NCBI GenBank assembly: GCA_963815195.1
Contig: CAWFGE010000013.1
Coordinates: 576,001 to 640,000 of the forward strand
DNA: 64,000 nt
From: an uncultured Planctomycetaceae bacterium
GTDB taxonomy: Bacteria > Planctomycetota > Planctomycetia > Planctomycetales > Planctomycetaceae
Reading direction: 5' to 3'
Part shown: piece by piece, positions 31,431-41,971 of the stretch
How the letters are laid out: every line of letters starts with the position of its first letter
How positions within the stretch are numbered: position 1 is the stretch's first letter
Notes under the pieces: model-generated
Told to the model about the DNA's origin: nothing
The model's input: only the letters and a program-made list of their open reading frames with translations
Databases searched by the model: none
Program-made: the position numbers and the translations under genes

Positions 31431-32747
31431 TCAACCCGCGATCGGAAAATCCTCCGCGGGCGTGTAATTCAGGTTCGCCAAGTGCGGCGTTTCGATGCGT
31501 TTGCCCCCGGCGTGGCGGGAATCGTGAAGGGCTTTTAGAATGCCGGTGGTCAGCAGCGTTCGTTCGACGGGATAGCTCGGCTTGCCGGTGCGGAACATGA
31601 ACTCGATGTGGTTGCACAGAAAACTGAAATGGTCCCGCGAAGGTTTGGGCAAGAGGGCATACGTGCCAATCGGGTCGGGGCGTCCTTTCACCTCCGCGGC
31701 AAAACAGAACTCCTCAACCACTCCGCTCAGGCACACCGCCGCCTCGAACCCGTCGCGGTACTCGATGCGAAACACGATCTGATCGCCGTTTTGTTTCCGA
31801 AGGTTTTTGCTGGAAGCCGGCACCGGGGCGATCGCGGCTTCGAGGAGTTTTGCTGTTTTCTGTTCGCTCAAGAATTTTTTCGCGGCCGCTTTTTCCAGAA
31901 CCTCGACCGCCTTGACGCCGCTTTCTCCTCCCGCACGTTTCTCGACAAATGTCTGCAGCAATTCCAGGCAGTGGAATCCATAACTCTCAAAGCCGCCATG
32001 CCCAGCGACCAGCGCCCGATCCAACGAAATCCCCCGCCGAAAGGCCACCGGCGGCTCGCGCCAGGTCACGGGGACGCTGGAACCGGCCATCATGGGGAAT
32101 TTGAAATCTTGCGACTGGCGGTGCATCCACTCCGCGTTCTCCCAGGAATAGGAGAGATGCTTGTCGTTATAAACAGGAACGCTTTGCCCTGTCGCCTGGA
32201 AAACTTTGACGATCTCTTCAAACAACCGCCGGCGGGGATAAAGTTTTTGGCCCTTATTGTTGAGTGGATAATCTCCGTGTTCGCCGATGAGCAGCACGGC
32301 ATCCGCCGCCAGGTCTTTGCGGCCGAGCGTGAGCGCCTCGGCCGGCGTTTTGAACAGAGGGATGCCATAACGGGCCGCCATGCCGCGGGAAATGTCGGTG
32401 TCGGGAAACTGCTCCACATACAGGCCCACGACTTTGCAATGCGGCTCATGCAATCGGCCGAGGAGTTCATAACCCTCGACGAATTTGGTGATGATGTCGT
32501 CCGCGTGCGAATACTTCCACCACGTGGTGGTCAGCGCGACGATTCGCTTCTTAGGTCCATCAGGTGCCGGCAATCGGTCCGTCGGCAAGTGCACTTTTGG
32601 CGACGGGCGCCCGTAGCCTTGAGTGATGAGCGTTTCGCTCGATGGTTCTTTAGCTTCCGCCATTTGGTGAAGCACTCCGGATGCCAGAACACCGGCGGTC
32701 CCGGCGAGAAAGGTTCTGCGTTCGATGGGCGAATCTTGACTCATCAC
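31431..32747 (-). CDS. Tat-signal conserved hypothetical protein, remote Gfo/Idh/MocA-like
   Basis: ERRTFLAG twin-arginine motif; DAVLLIGEHGDYP; YNDKHLS; MAGSS; YGFHCLE. Confidence 0.7.
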   Translation of the reverse strand: MMSQDSPIERRTFLAGTAGVLASGVLHQMAEAKEPSSETLITQGYGRPSPKVHLPTDRLPAPDGPKKRIVALTTTWWKYSHADDIITKFVEGYELLGRLHEPHCKVVGLYVEQFPDTDISRGMAARYGIPLFKTPAEALTLGRKDLAADAVLLIGEHGDYPLNNKGQKLYPRRRLFEEIVKVFQATGQSVPVYNDKHLSYSWENAEWMHRQSQDFKFPMMAGSSVPVTWREPPVAFRRGISLDRALVAGHGGFESYGFHCLELLQTFVEKRAGGESGVKAVEVLEKAAAKKFLSEQKTAKLLEAAIAPVPASSKNLRKQNGDQIVFRIEYRDGFEAAVCLSGVVEEFCFAAEVKGRPDPIGTYALLPKPSRDHFSFLCNHIEFMFRTGKPSYPVERTLLTTGILKALHDSRHAGGKRIETPHLANLNYTPAEDFPIAG

Positions 32748-32827
32748 GAGTTTCCCAGAAGGTTGATGAAAAACCCTAGCGCCGGCATCCTGCCGCCATT
32801 GTTATTCTCGGCGGCTGGAGGCCGCCG

Positions 32828-35538
32828 CTACGAACGGTCCACGAGTATTCGGAGCGCCCAATCGCCGGCTGTTGGTGCATTAAATGTCTGATTGCCACCA
32901 GCGACGGAATGCTCGTTTTCAAAGTCTCCCTCTTTCCCGTGGGCGGGATTCCACCAGGCGGCGGCATAACGTTTGTCTTCGGCAAGCCGAATCGTGAAAC
33001 GGCCGCCTTGGGGCAGATAGACCGCATACGCTTTCCCCGGTTGGGCGAGGCAGAAGGCTTCTCCATTTGTGACGAGTTCGTTGTGCGGCTGCATCTCGGC
33101 AAACGGCAGCGTTTCCATGAAGGTCCGCGCACCGCCAAGTTCTTTCCATGTCGTCGCCCACGCGGAATAGGGCCGGTCGTAAGGCTCCGTCACATGGGCT
33201 TCCCATACACCGCCGCCGAGGTACGCACTCCACCACGCCCGCCGATCGTGTTCGGGCCGGCCTTCATCGAAGTTGATCATCAACACCCGGCGGCCGCGGG
33301 CTTGAGAGCGGGCGATCCAATCCACCGCGATCTGATTGTGCTCGACGGCATATTTCACCGCCGAGGGCCGGCCCGGTTGGCCGGTTTGAATCGAAGTCAA
33401 ATCGACATCGGGCGAATCGATGTAGGCATCGCTCGGCCGGTTGACGTTGTGGATCCCCAGTGGATGGTTATACGGATCCAACTCTTTGAACCGCTTCGCC
33501 AACGCCAGTCCCTCGCGGAGCGGGTAGTTCTCGTTGTGCTCCTCACCGAGATTAAACACCACCGCAGGCAAGTCGCCGAACCGGGCGATGATTTCGCGAT
33601 AATAGCGGTCGTGGTCGTAGCCTTTCCACGCGCTGTCATCTTCCAGGATCAGATAAGGCACGACGCCCCGCATCTGCATGTGCGCAAACAATTCCCGCCA
33701 TTCTCTTAGCTTCGCAATATCGAACCGGGCATCCTTGCCGCCATTCGCCTTGGCTTCTTTCGGCGTGTTGCCGAGCCAGGGCCAAACGTCCTTGTCGTCC
33801 CCGTCGATGTTGTGCAGCATGATGTAAAGCGAATTGATGCCCCGCTCGGCCAGGTAATCCACCGCGGCTTTGCGTTTGGCGAGCGTGTTATAGTTCTGGT
33901 CATGCCCCAGAAAATTCTCGGGATCATCGCAGCCGGCCTTGAGCCAATACTCGCCGTCGCGGAATTTGAGATAGCGGATTTTGTTCGCCGGCGTGCCCAC
34001 CGCTTCCAACCGGCCCCACTTCCAGAACCCTTTGGCATCGGCGGGAACATCCGTAACAACAAACGGTCCGGACTTTTTGTCCAAATGGTGGTCCGAGCTT
34101 TCGGTGATATACTTCCATCTGCCGGGTTCATCCGCGGAGAAGCGGACTTTCCACAGGTTGCCGTTCTCTCCGCCTTGGCCGTCGCCGTCGTAGAAACCGG
34201 GAACGCGATAAGACTTGCCGCTCGGTCCGGTAAAGGTCACATCCAATGCGATCCGAAATGGATTCGGCATGCCCCGCGTTCCGAAGCCGGGCCGGGAAAC
34301 GTGAGTTCGATCGTGGACCATTTCGGATCGCTTGCAGGAGCGGCCGGCGCTGCCGAGGTTGTCTTTTCATCTTTGTCCGGCAACACGCAGGCACACGCCC
34401 GGCGGAGATACTCGGCATATTCCCAAGCGCCGCTGCCGCCGGTTTGCCGGGTGATGACCAGATCGAGGCTGGGAACAAACGCGATCAACTGTCCGCCGGA
34501 ACCGGGTTTATAGCGGGCATCGGCGGGAATGCCCCGGCCGCCGGGGGTGCCGTTTTCTCCCGTCAACCTGGCGGGCAGTTCCCAGCCATGCGAAAAGGTC
34601 TGGGCGTTGATCTTGAACCGCAGTTCCGGCTGCTTGACGTCGTGGGTGGGCTTCGCGGTTTCTTTGATGAACCATTTCGGAATCACCTGCTGATTCTCCC
34701 ATCGGCCGCCCTTCAACATGCAATACGCAATCCGGGCCAGGTCGCGGGCGGGCATGCCCATCGAGTGTGAAGGATGCCGGCCGTATCCCTCCCCACCACC
34801 CTCAAAAAACTCAAACCACCAATGCTCGCAGCCGATCGGTTTGAACAGGGACTCGATCGCAAATTGATCGTAAGGTTTGCCGGTGACGTTTTCGCACACG
34901 AGCGAAGCATGATAGAGGGCGAAGGTCGAGTAGCCGGCTTTCGTGCCGGGATCGAACATCAACTTCGCCGTGCGCGGATCGCCATCGTGTCCGAGCACGT
35001 GCTTCCACGGGCCTTTGTTGGTGGCCCCGCTGGCTTCCGGGGTGATGCCGGAGGTGTGGTTCAATAGCTGCTTGACCTTGATATCCGCTTTGCGGGGATC
35101 GCTGAGCGGCTTCGCCTGCGGGATAAAATCGAACGCCGGGTCGTCGAAGCTCATCTTCTTCGGCGTTTTTCCGTGCTGGCTTTGCTCCGAAGCGATGGCC
35201 AGCACCGTTGCGCAGACCGCTTTCGATACGGACGCCACGCGACGGGCATCGGTCTTGGCACTGTTCCCCCGCTCGACTTCCAGCACGATCTGGCCGTGGC
35301 GAATCACCACCGCGGCGAAGTTGCGCTTGTCGCTGTGCAAGAGCCACTGTTTGAGTTCCGCGAGCTTGGCGGGATCCATCCCGCCGATCCGCCGGATGTC
35401 ATCGGGATCGTCCAACGTCCGCCAACCGCCCTTCGACTCCGGGGGCGGATAGTATTCGCCCTCCTCCGCGTTCGATTTGGCGAACGGCAGCGCGAGCAGA
35501 ATCGAGAACACGCCGATTAAGCAGAGAAGTGGTTGCAT
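32828..35538 (-). CDS. Probable single secreted protein: beta-lactamase-like serine hydrolase + DUF5060 + glycoside-hydrolase-like barrel + C-terminal collagen-binding-like domain (apparent frameshift near 34280)
   Basis: Signal peptide; SVSK, LLNHTSG, YS motifs; linker then KWSTIELTFPGP continuing in the next frame as PNPF..DVTFTGPSG..VPGFYDGDG..WKVRF; C-terminal WWNP..G..DWAL. Confidence 0.75.
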
Positions 35539-35586
35539 GGTTGTCCTCAACAGATTTGAACCGCGCAGGTTCAGAGACGCGAACCT

Positions 35587-37002
35587 CTACGGCTCGACAG
35601 CCTGTGGTCTTCGTTTCCAGCATTCGGTCGCGTTTTGGAAGGCGGCGGCGAGCCCGAGGACGCCGAAGTCGTCTTGATGGCGGCCCACGATTTGCACGCC
35701 CACCGGCAATCCGCCGGGCGTAAAGCCGCAAGGCACCGAAATCGCAGGCAGCCCCAGATTGCTGATGTAATAGCAGGACTTCATCCAATCGATGTAGGTC
35801 TGCATCGGGGCGCCGTTGATGTTCGTAACGTAAGGCTCGTCCACGGAAAACGGGGCGACCTGGCTGACGGGGCAGATCAGGAATTCGTATTCCTCCAGGA
35901 AGACCCGCACGCGGTGATAGAGCTGCGTTCGCTGCCGTTCCGCCCAGGCGATTTGCGGGCCGGTTTGCTTTTGGCCGGCTTCGACGTTCCAAATCATCGT
36001 GTCCTTGATCTGGCCCTTGTGCTTTTCCACCAAGGGGCCGTACTTCGATTCAAACGCCCAGGCCCTGAGGATTTTAAAGACCTCATCCGCATCGCGGAAA
36101 TCCGGCTCGGCGTCTTCGACAAGGCAACCGAGTTCGGAAAACGCCGAACGCCGGCTTTCCAGCGCTTCGGTCACGGCAGGTTCGACGGGAAGTCCGCCCA
36201 GGTCCCGGCTCCAGGCGATTTTCGTTCCGTGGAAGTTTCGCTCCAAAGGCTGGGCAAATATTTCCGCGGGCTCGGCGATCGCAATCGGCGAACGCGGATC
36301 GGGGCCGGCGATCGCGGTAAGCATAAGCGCCACGTCCTCGACCGTGCGGGCCATCGGACCTTGGACGGAGATGGTATACCACGCCCGTTCCGCGGGCCAC
36401 GCCGGAACGCGGCCCGGCGAAGGGCGGAACCCGACGACGTTGCAAAAGTTCGCGGGGTTTCGGAGCGAACCGCCCGTATCGCTGCCGTCGGCAATGGGGA
36501 TCATCCCGCAAGCCAAAGCAACCGCCGCCCCGCCGCTGCTCCCGCCGCAGGTTTTTGTCGTGTCATAAGGATTGAGCGTCGCCCCGAACACCGGATTGAA
36601 CGTCTGTGATCCCGCGCCGAATTCCGGCACGTTCGTCTTGCCGATCGTGATCGCCCCCGCCTTCTTCAGCCGTTCCACGATCAGCGCATCTTCCTCGGGC
36701 ACGAAGTCGCGAAAGATCGGCGAGCCGAAGGTCGTGCGGATGCCTTTGGTGGCGACCAGGTCTTTATGGGCGATCGGCAATCCGTGCAACGGGCCCAAAG
36801 CTTCGCCGCGGGCTTGCCGTTCGTCGGCCGCTTTCGCGTGATCCATCGCGAGATCGGCGAGCAAAGTGATGACCGCATTCACGCGCGAATTGACGCGGTC
36901 AATCTGCGCGAGATGGGCCTCCATGACTTCGCGGGCGGAGAGTTGTTTTGCCGCGATGAGCCGGGCGAGTTCCGTGGCCTTCTCAAAACAAAGGTCGCTC
37001 AT
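35587..37002 (-). CDS. Amidase signature family protein
   Basis: GPLHGLPIAHKD; GKTNVPEFG; GGSSGG; GSDTGGSLRNPA; GFRPSPGRVP. Confidence 0.95.
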   Translation of the reverse strand: MSDLCFEKATELARLIAAKQLSAREVMEAHLAQIDRVNSRVNAVITLLADLAMDHAKAADERQARGEALGPLHGLPIAHKDLVATKGIRTTFGSPIFRDFVPEEDALIVERLKKAGAITIGKTNVPEFGAGSQTFNPVFGATLNPYDTTKTCGGSSGGAAVALACGMIPIADGSDTGGSLRNPANFCNVVGFRPSPGRVPAWPAERAWYTISVQGPMARTVEDVALMLTAIAGPDPRSPIAIAEPAEIFAQPLERNFHGTKIAWSRDLGGLPVEPAVTEALESRRSAFSELGCLVEDAEPDFRDADEVFKILRAWAFESKYGPLVEKHKGQIKDTMIWNVEAGQKQTGPQIAWAERQRTQLYHRVRVFLEEYEFLICPVSQVAPFSVDEPYVTNINGAPMQTYIDWMKSCYYISNLGLPAISVPCGFTPGGLPVGVQIVGRHQDDFGVLGLAAAFQNATECWKRRPQAVEP

Positions 37003-37119
37003 GTGGGGGCCGTTTCCAGGAGAGACTTCGAGGCGGGACATTTCTCATGCGTTTGTTTTACACCGCCGAGAAACAGAAATCACGCCTGGAGCGGGCTGAG
37101 CCGTTCGATTGGACTAAGG

Positions 37120-37251
37120 AGCCGCGCACGCAGTAAGCGGAAATTCGGACTGCTGGCTGCGTGCGCGGCCGGGTGGCACGACCCGGAGCGCAGCGAAGGG
37201 CGTGGTTCATTTCGCACCGACCACGCCCTTCGTTCCTCAGGGCCTGCCACC
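37120..37251. repeat. Two abutting REP-like doublets of different families
   Basis: GCCGCGCACGCAG / CTGCGTGCGCGGC (37121-37169); GGTGGCA..CGAAGGGCGTGGT / ACCACGCCCTTCG..TGCCACC (37172-37251). Confidence 0.7.
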
Positions 37252-37260
37252 AATGCAGAA

Positions 37261-38125
37261 CTATTGCGCCTGGCGGGTCAGGTTGCGAAAGCGTTTGAGG
37301 AGGTCCTGCGTGATCGGGCCGGGCTTGCCGGTGCCGATGGGCCGGCCGTCCAGACTGACGACGGCGATCACCTCGGCCGCGGTGCCGGTGAGGAAGCATT
37401 CATCAGCCACGTAAATATCGTGGCGGGTGAAGGCGGTTTCCTCGAAAGGGATCTCCGCCTCGCGGGCCAGGCCGATCACGGCATTGCGGGTGATGCCCTC
37501 CAAAATCCCGGCTTCTGGCGGCGGCGTTTTGAGGACGCCCCGCTTCACAATGAACAGATTGTCGCCCGTGCATTCGGCGACTTCGCCTTTGTGGTTGAGC
37601 ATCAAGGCTTCCACGCTGCCGGCGTCGGTGCCTTCGATCTTGGCGAGAATGTTATTGAGATAATTCAGCGATTTGATCCGCGGGCTGAGCGCGGCCGGGT
37701 GATTGCGGATCGTGCTCGCCGTGATCAGCTTCATCCCGTTCTGGTAAATCTCTTCGGGGTAAAGCGTGATCGTATCGGCAATGATGATCACCTGCGGCTC
37801 GCTGGTCTTGCGGATGTCCAGCCCCAAACTGCCCGCGCCCCGCGTGACGACGAGCCGCACGTAGCCGTCGCCGATCCCGTTGGCCTTCACCGTGTCGTTG
37901 ACGGCGGCGATCATGTCGGCCTGGCTCGATGGGGATTTCCAGGCGGATCGCGCGGGCCGACTCGTAAAGCCGCTCGATGTGCTCGTTGAGCAAAAACACC
38001 ACGCCGCCGTAAACGCGAATGCCCTCGAACACGCCGTCGCCGTAGAGCAGACCGTGATCGTAAACGCTGATCTTGGCGTCGTCTTTGGGGATGAGTTTCC
38101 CGCTGATATAAACCTGGGCCGGCAT
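37261..38125 (-). CDS. ilvE: Branched-chain amino acid transaminase (apparent frameshift near 37925)
   Basis: [61 protein letters not shown]. Confidence 0.92.
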
Positions 38126-38147
38126 TTTAGTCTCGGTAAAGGTGTCT

Positions 38148-38352
38148 GGCGAGCGGGGGGCGTCAGCCCCCTGGTTTCGTCGAGAGTTAGTTCGTGTTGA
38201 TACCGCGGCGACCAGGCTCCATTGCGATCGTGTGCTGAAACTGATGTTGTCAGTGACCAGGGGGCTTACGCCCCCCGCTCGCCTGTGCGCTCGATGTTGT
38301 CAGTGACCAGAGGGCTGACGCGGGCACCGACCGAAGGTTGGTCCGCTCGCCT
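38148..38352. repeat. REP cluster (three copies of the GGCGAGC family, BIME-like)
   Basis: Forward copy 38148-38175; reverse copy 38256-38283; reverse variant 38306-38351 with a nested hairpin; GATGTTGTCAGTGACCAG repeated at 50-bp period. Confidence 0.9.
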
Positions 38353-39161
38353 ACGCGACCTTCAGCGTTTCGATCTGGCCTTCGCTGAGCCGCACAATGC
38401 GGTCGGCCTGGCGGGCAATGTGGTCGTCGTGGGTTACCATAATAATAGTGAGTCTGATCTTGCTCGTTCAAGCTCTTTAAGAGGCCCATGATTTCCTGCC
38501 CGGTGCCGGCGTCGAGGTTGCCCGTCGGCTCGTCCGCCAACAGCACCTGGGGCCTGGCGACCAGGGCCCGGGCGATCGCGGCCCGCTGCATTTCGCCGCC
38601 GGAAAGTTTCGACGGCTTATGCCGGACGCGGTGTTCCAGCCCGACTTTCTGGATGATCTCGCGGGCCTGGTTGCGAAGCTCTTTCCGCCGACGCCAATAG
38701 CCCAACAGGGAATGCCGAATCATCAGCGGAGCGACGACATTTTCTTCGAGGCTCAGTTCCGGCAGCAAATGATAGAACTGAAAGATGAACCCGAACACGC
38801 GGTTTCGCAGTTGGTCCCGCGTCTTGGCGGGCAGGTCGTCGATCCGCCGGCCGTCCAGAAAAATCTCGCCGACGTCGGGCGTGTCCAGAAGCCCCAGCAA
38901 ATGGAGCAACGTGCTCTTACCGGAACCCGACTGCCCCACGATCGACAGAAACTCCCCGCGCTTGGCGGCGATCTTTACGCCCTGCAGCACGCGGATTTTT
39001 TCCTGCCCGTAGCGGTAGGATTTTTCGAGCGCCACCGCTTCGACGTGCAAAGGCGGCTCGGCGGTTCCCGGTGGTTCGGTTTGATCTAATGCCAACGTTT
39101 CGTCCGTCCGATCCGTGGCCGCGTCCCGGGCCACACGATCCGCGATTCCAGCTTGTCCCAT
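38351..39161 (-). CDS. lolD: Lipoprotein-releasing ABC ATP-binding protein (apparent frameshift near 38455)
   Basis: [37 protein letters not shown]; shifted frame restores [16 protein letters not shown] and stops at 38351. Confidence 0.85.
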
Positions 39162-39231
39162 AATTCGCCTCCATGACGAAGGTTGATTGTTTGCAATAAA
39201 ACGAACCCAAGCGTTCGCAAGTCATCAGCCT

Positions 39232-39258
39232 GGCGAGCGTGGGGCGTGAGCCCCATGA
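39232..39258 (+). repeat. REP copy with compensatory stem change
   Basis: GGCGAGC GTGGGGC GTGA GCCCCAT GA. Confidence 0.85.
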
Positions 39259-39290
39259 TCATTTCCGATCGATGCGAATGCCTTTTGATA

Positions 39291-40979
39291 TCACTCGTAC
39301 CGCAAGGCTTCCACCGGATGCAGCCTGGAAGCCCGGCGGGCGGGGAGCACGCTGGCGAGAACGGCGATCGTCATCGCTCCCAAAGCGACCCAGAACACCA
39401 TCATCGGATCGACGGCGGTGGGAATCTCCGGGAAGTAATAAATCTTCTCGTCGAAGACTTTCCGGCCGGTCAACCAGGTGATCCAGCCTTCGATGGTGTT
39501 GATGTATCTCACGAACACGAGTCCCAATGCCACCCCCACGCCGCTGCCGACGATGCCGAGGGCCAGACCGTACGAAAGGAAGATGCTCATCACGCCCCGC
39601 GAACTGGCGCCCAGGGATTTCAAGATGCCGATGTCGCGGGTTTTCTCGACGACGATCATATAGAAGATCGCCAGGATTCCGAACCCGGCCACGGCGATGA
39701 TCAAAAACAACAGCACGTTGAGAATCGCCGATTCCACTTCGACCGCCGCCAGGAGCGGGCCTTGCTTTTGTTCCCACGTCCGCACCGTGAACACGCCGGG
39801 CGGAAACGCGGCTTTCAGGCTTTTGACGACCTCGTCGGCATCGTCAAAATTCTTGAGCTTGATTTGAATGGAGGTGACGTTCCGAACGCCGGTGACGGGC
39901 GCGTACATTCCGCGCATTTGCTGGAGGTATTCGAGGTTGCAGAACACGAGGCTGGAATCGTATTCGCTCATCCCGCATTTGAAGACATCCACAACGGTCG
40001 CGTTGAAGCGGCAGGGTTCCGGCGGAGTGCTCGTGCCGATCGTGCTAATGACCACATCGTCGCCGGGCCGGACCATCATCTGTGTTTTGACTTTGCCCGT
40101 GCCGGTTTCATCGTAGGGGAAACTGATGAGCCCCAAGCCGACGTAAAGCCGGCCCGGCAGCGGAGCATTGGGGTCGGCGGGCTTGGCCGGAGCGGTTGGT
40201 GCAAACACATCGTCGATATTGGCGGCCGCGGCTTTCTCGGTCAACTGATCGAACGCATTTTTCGGCGCCGCCACGGGCTGCTTGGGTTTCTTCGAGCCTG
40301 CAAATGGAGGGGTGTCTTTCGCTACGACGGGGGCGTTGGGCGATTGGTCCTTCTCTCCGCCCGTGGCGAAAGGCGGCGGTTCGGCGGGCGGGAAGGGGTT
40401 GGGTTCGGCTTTTTCTTCGCGCGGGTCCTCCCGGCGATGGAATTGCTCCATCATCCATTGCTGGCGTTCCATCCAGATCTTGCGGTAGGCGAGCGCCTCT
40501 TCGGTCAGCTTCCAACCGGGCGGCGCATCGCGGGAGCGAAGCGGGGCTCGCACGACCTTGCCGTCCTCTTTGAGCTGGTGGTAACTCTCCAGATAATCCA
40601 CCAGCGGTCCAACCTTGGCTTTGCTCTCCGGCTTGATCCCGATGAGCGTCACCGGCCGGGTGATATATTGCCCGGCGTATTGAAAATGAAGCAGCCCGAC
40701 CACTTCGACAGTGGCGGTCATGGCCTCGACTTTGTCGCCGGCCACTTCGCGGATGCGGGCCATCTGCTTCTCGGCATCCGGGACACCGTCGATGCTGTTG
40801 GTCTCCACGATCACATCGGCGAGTAACCCTTTGATGCGGTCCTGCATCTCCGTGCTGAAACCCGCCATCACGCTGTTGACCACAATCATCGTGGCCACGC
40901 CCAGCATCACGCTGATAATGCACGCCAAAGCAATATACCGCGTGCGAAGATACCTGAGACAAAGCAAAATCTTGTACAT
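39291..40979 (-). CDS. Lipoprotein-releasing ABC permease (LolC/E, FtsX-like) with a Pro-rich periplasmic insertion
   Basis: LRYLR..ISVMLGVATMIVVNSVMAGF; IIAVAGFGI; VVEKTRDIGILKSLGA; IYYFPEIP; PARRASRLHPVEALRYE. Confidence 0.9.
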   Translation of the reverse strand: MYKILLCLRYLRTRYIALACIISVMLGVATMIVVNSVMAGFSTEMQDRIKGLLADVIVETNSIDGVPDAEKQMARIREVAGDKVEAMTATVEVVGLLHFQYAGQYITRPVTLIGIKPESKAKVGPLVDYLESYHQLKEDGKVVRAPLRSRDAPPGWKLTEEALAYRKIWMERQQWMMEQFHRREDPREEKAEPNPFPPAEPPPFATGGEKDQSPNAPVVAKDTPPFAGSKKPKQPVAAPKNAFDQLTEKAAAANIDDVFAPTAPAKPADPNAPLPGRLYVGLGLISFPYDETGTGKVKTQMMVRPGDDVVISTIGTSTPPEPCRFNATVVDVFKCGMSEYDSSLVFCNLEYLQQMRGMYAPVTGVRNVTSIQIKLKNFDDADEVVKSLKAAFPPGVFTVRTWEQKQGPLLAAVEVESAILNVLLFLIIAVAGFGILAIFYMIVVEKTRDIGILKSLGASSRGVMSIFLSYGLALGIVGSGVGVALGLVFVRYINTIEGWITWLTGRKVFDEKIYYFPEIPTAVDPMMVFWVALGAMTIAVLASVLPARRASRLHPVEALRYE

Positions 40980-41006
40980 GGGGGACTTCCTTGTCCAAAC
41001 AGAAAA

Positions 41007-41034
41007 GGCGAGCGGGGGGCGTAAGCCCCCTGGT
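41007..41034 (+). repeat. REP copy downstream of the RAYT gene
   Basis: GGCGAGCGGGGGGCGTAAGCCCCCTGGT. Confidence 0.92.
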
Positions 41035-41064
41035 CACGCACAATTGATTATCAACAACGGATTC

Positions 41065-41619
41065 TCAAGACCATTCACGAGTGAGAACCCAGCCTTCATC
41101 AACTTCCAACACCAACGGATACTCTTGATTCCGCACATATTCCACCGCGGCATAAATCGCTTTTTCATTTCGCAGCTTTCTTACCGAAGCCGATTCCGTC
41201 CACCAGGTTCCACTTTCCGGTTTCGACCAAGTTCGATTCAGCCGCCGGCTCGCATAACTTTTGAAGTCCCGCATAATATCCTCTGGTTCCGGGTCACCAT
41301 TCACTCCGACAACCAGATGCACATGGTTTCGCATGATGGCGAATGCCAGGAGCTTCCAACCGCGGTATTGGGCCGTCTCTAGGAATTGCTCTGCCATCGC
41401 TTTTGCTTGGTCTTCGACGAGGTAGATGGGTTTCGATTTCAGTTGGGAATTGGAATACGTTTTGAGTTCTCGAATGTCTTGGAAATAAGGTGTTTGAGGA
41501 CGATTCTCGATGCGGTGTGTTCCTGTTTCTTCGTCGAGGATGCGGCCGACAAAACCACGCTCATCACCGGGACGCCACGTCCCATACGTCGTCCAAGTGA
41601 TGAGCCAATATCGGTCCAT
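41065..41619 (-). mobile_element. REP-associated tyrosine transposase (RAYT/TnpA-REP, HUH Y1 family)
   Basis: LITWTTYGTW..GD.RG; MRNHVHLVV (HUH); FKSYASRRL; WW; AVEYVRNQ (catalytic Tyr); REP copies on both sides. Confidence 0.9.
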
Positions 41620-41630
41620 TAACAAATCCA

Positions 41631-41658
41631 GGCGAGCGGGGGGCGTAAGCCCCCTGGT
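41631..41658 (+). repeat. REP copy 11 bp upstream of the RAYT start
   Basis: Exact match to the 41007 copy. Confidence 0.92.
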
Positions 41659-41769
41659 TTATTCTGAATGGTCAAAAGAGATTTAGATTTGGATTTTGAT
41701 TGTGCTTCCTGGCGACTGATCTTCAAGTGGAACAGCTTTGCTTATTGCACGTGACCAATTGATGTATTG

Positions 41770-41943
41770 TCAAATGACACCACCGAATGTTCGGTAGACT
41801 GGTTCCATTGAAGTACCTTCAGGAACTTCTCTTGTCCTCAAGGATTCCTCTTTCCTCAAGGATTCCTCTTGTAGTGACGAACATCCGACGAATGCGAAAA
41901 GACTCAGCCATAAAAACAGAAAATACTGAAATTGATTCTTCAT
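41770..41943 (-). CDS. Small putative lipoprotein or gene remnant between inverted REPs
   Basis: MKNQFQYFLFLWLSLFAFVGC signal with lipobox-like end; 18-bp tandem duplication; AT-rich. Confidence 0.4.
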   Translation of the reverse strand: MKNQFQYFLFLWLSLFAFVGCSSLQEESLRKEESLRTREVPEGTSMEPVYRTFGGVI

Positions 41944-41971
41944 TTGGAGAACACCTTGAACCAAGTGAGTA

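Noticed and set aside
34237..35538. Antibiotic-resistance beta-lactamase
   Set aside because: Only the fold-level SxxK/Y motifs are present; the context suggests a catabolic hydrolase
24135..37002. Either amidase as gatA
   Set aside because: No gatB nearby, and GatA-specific features are not evident
38148..38352. CRISPR array
   Set aside because: Copies are inverted and dispersed, spacing is irregular and there are no cas genes; a RAYT explains them
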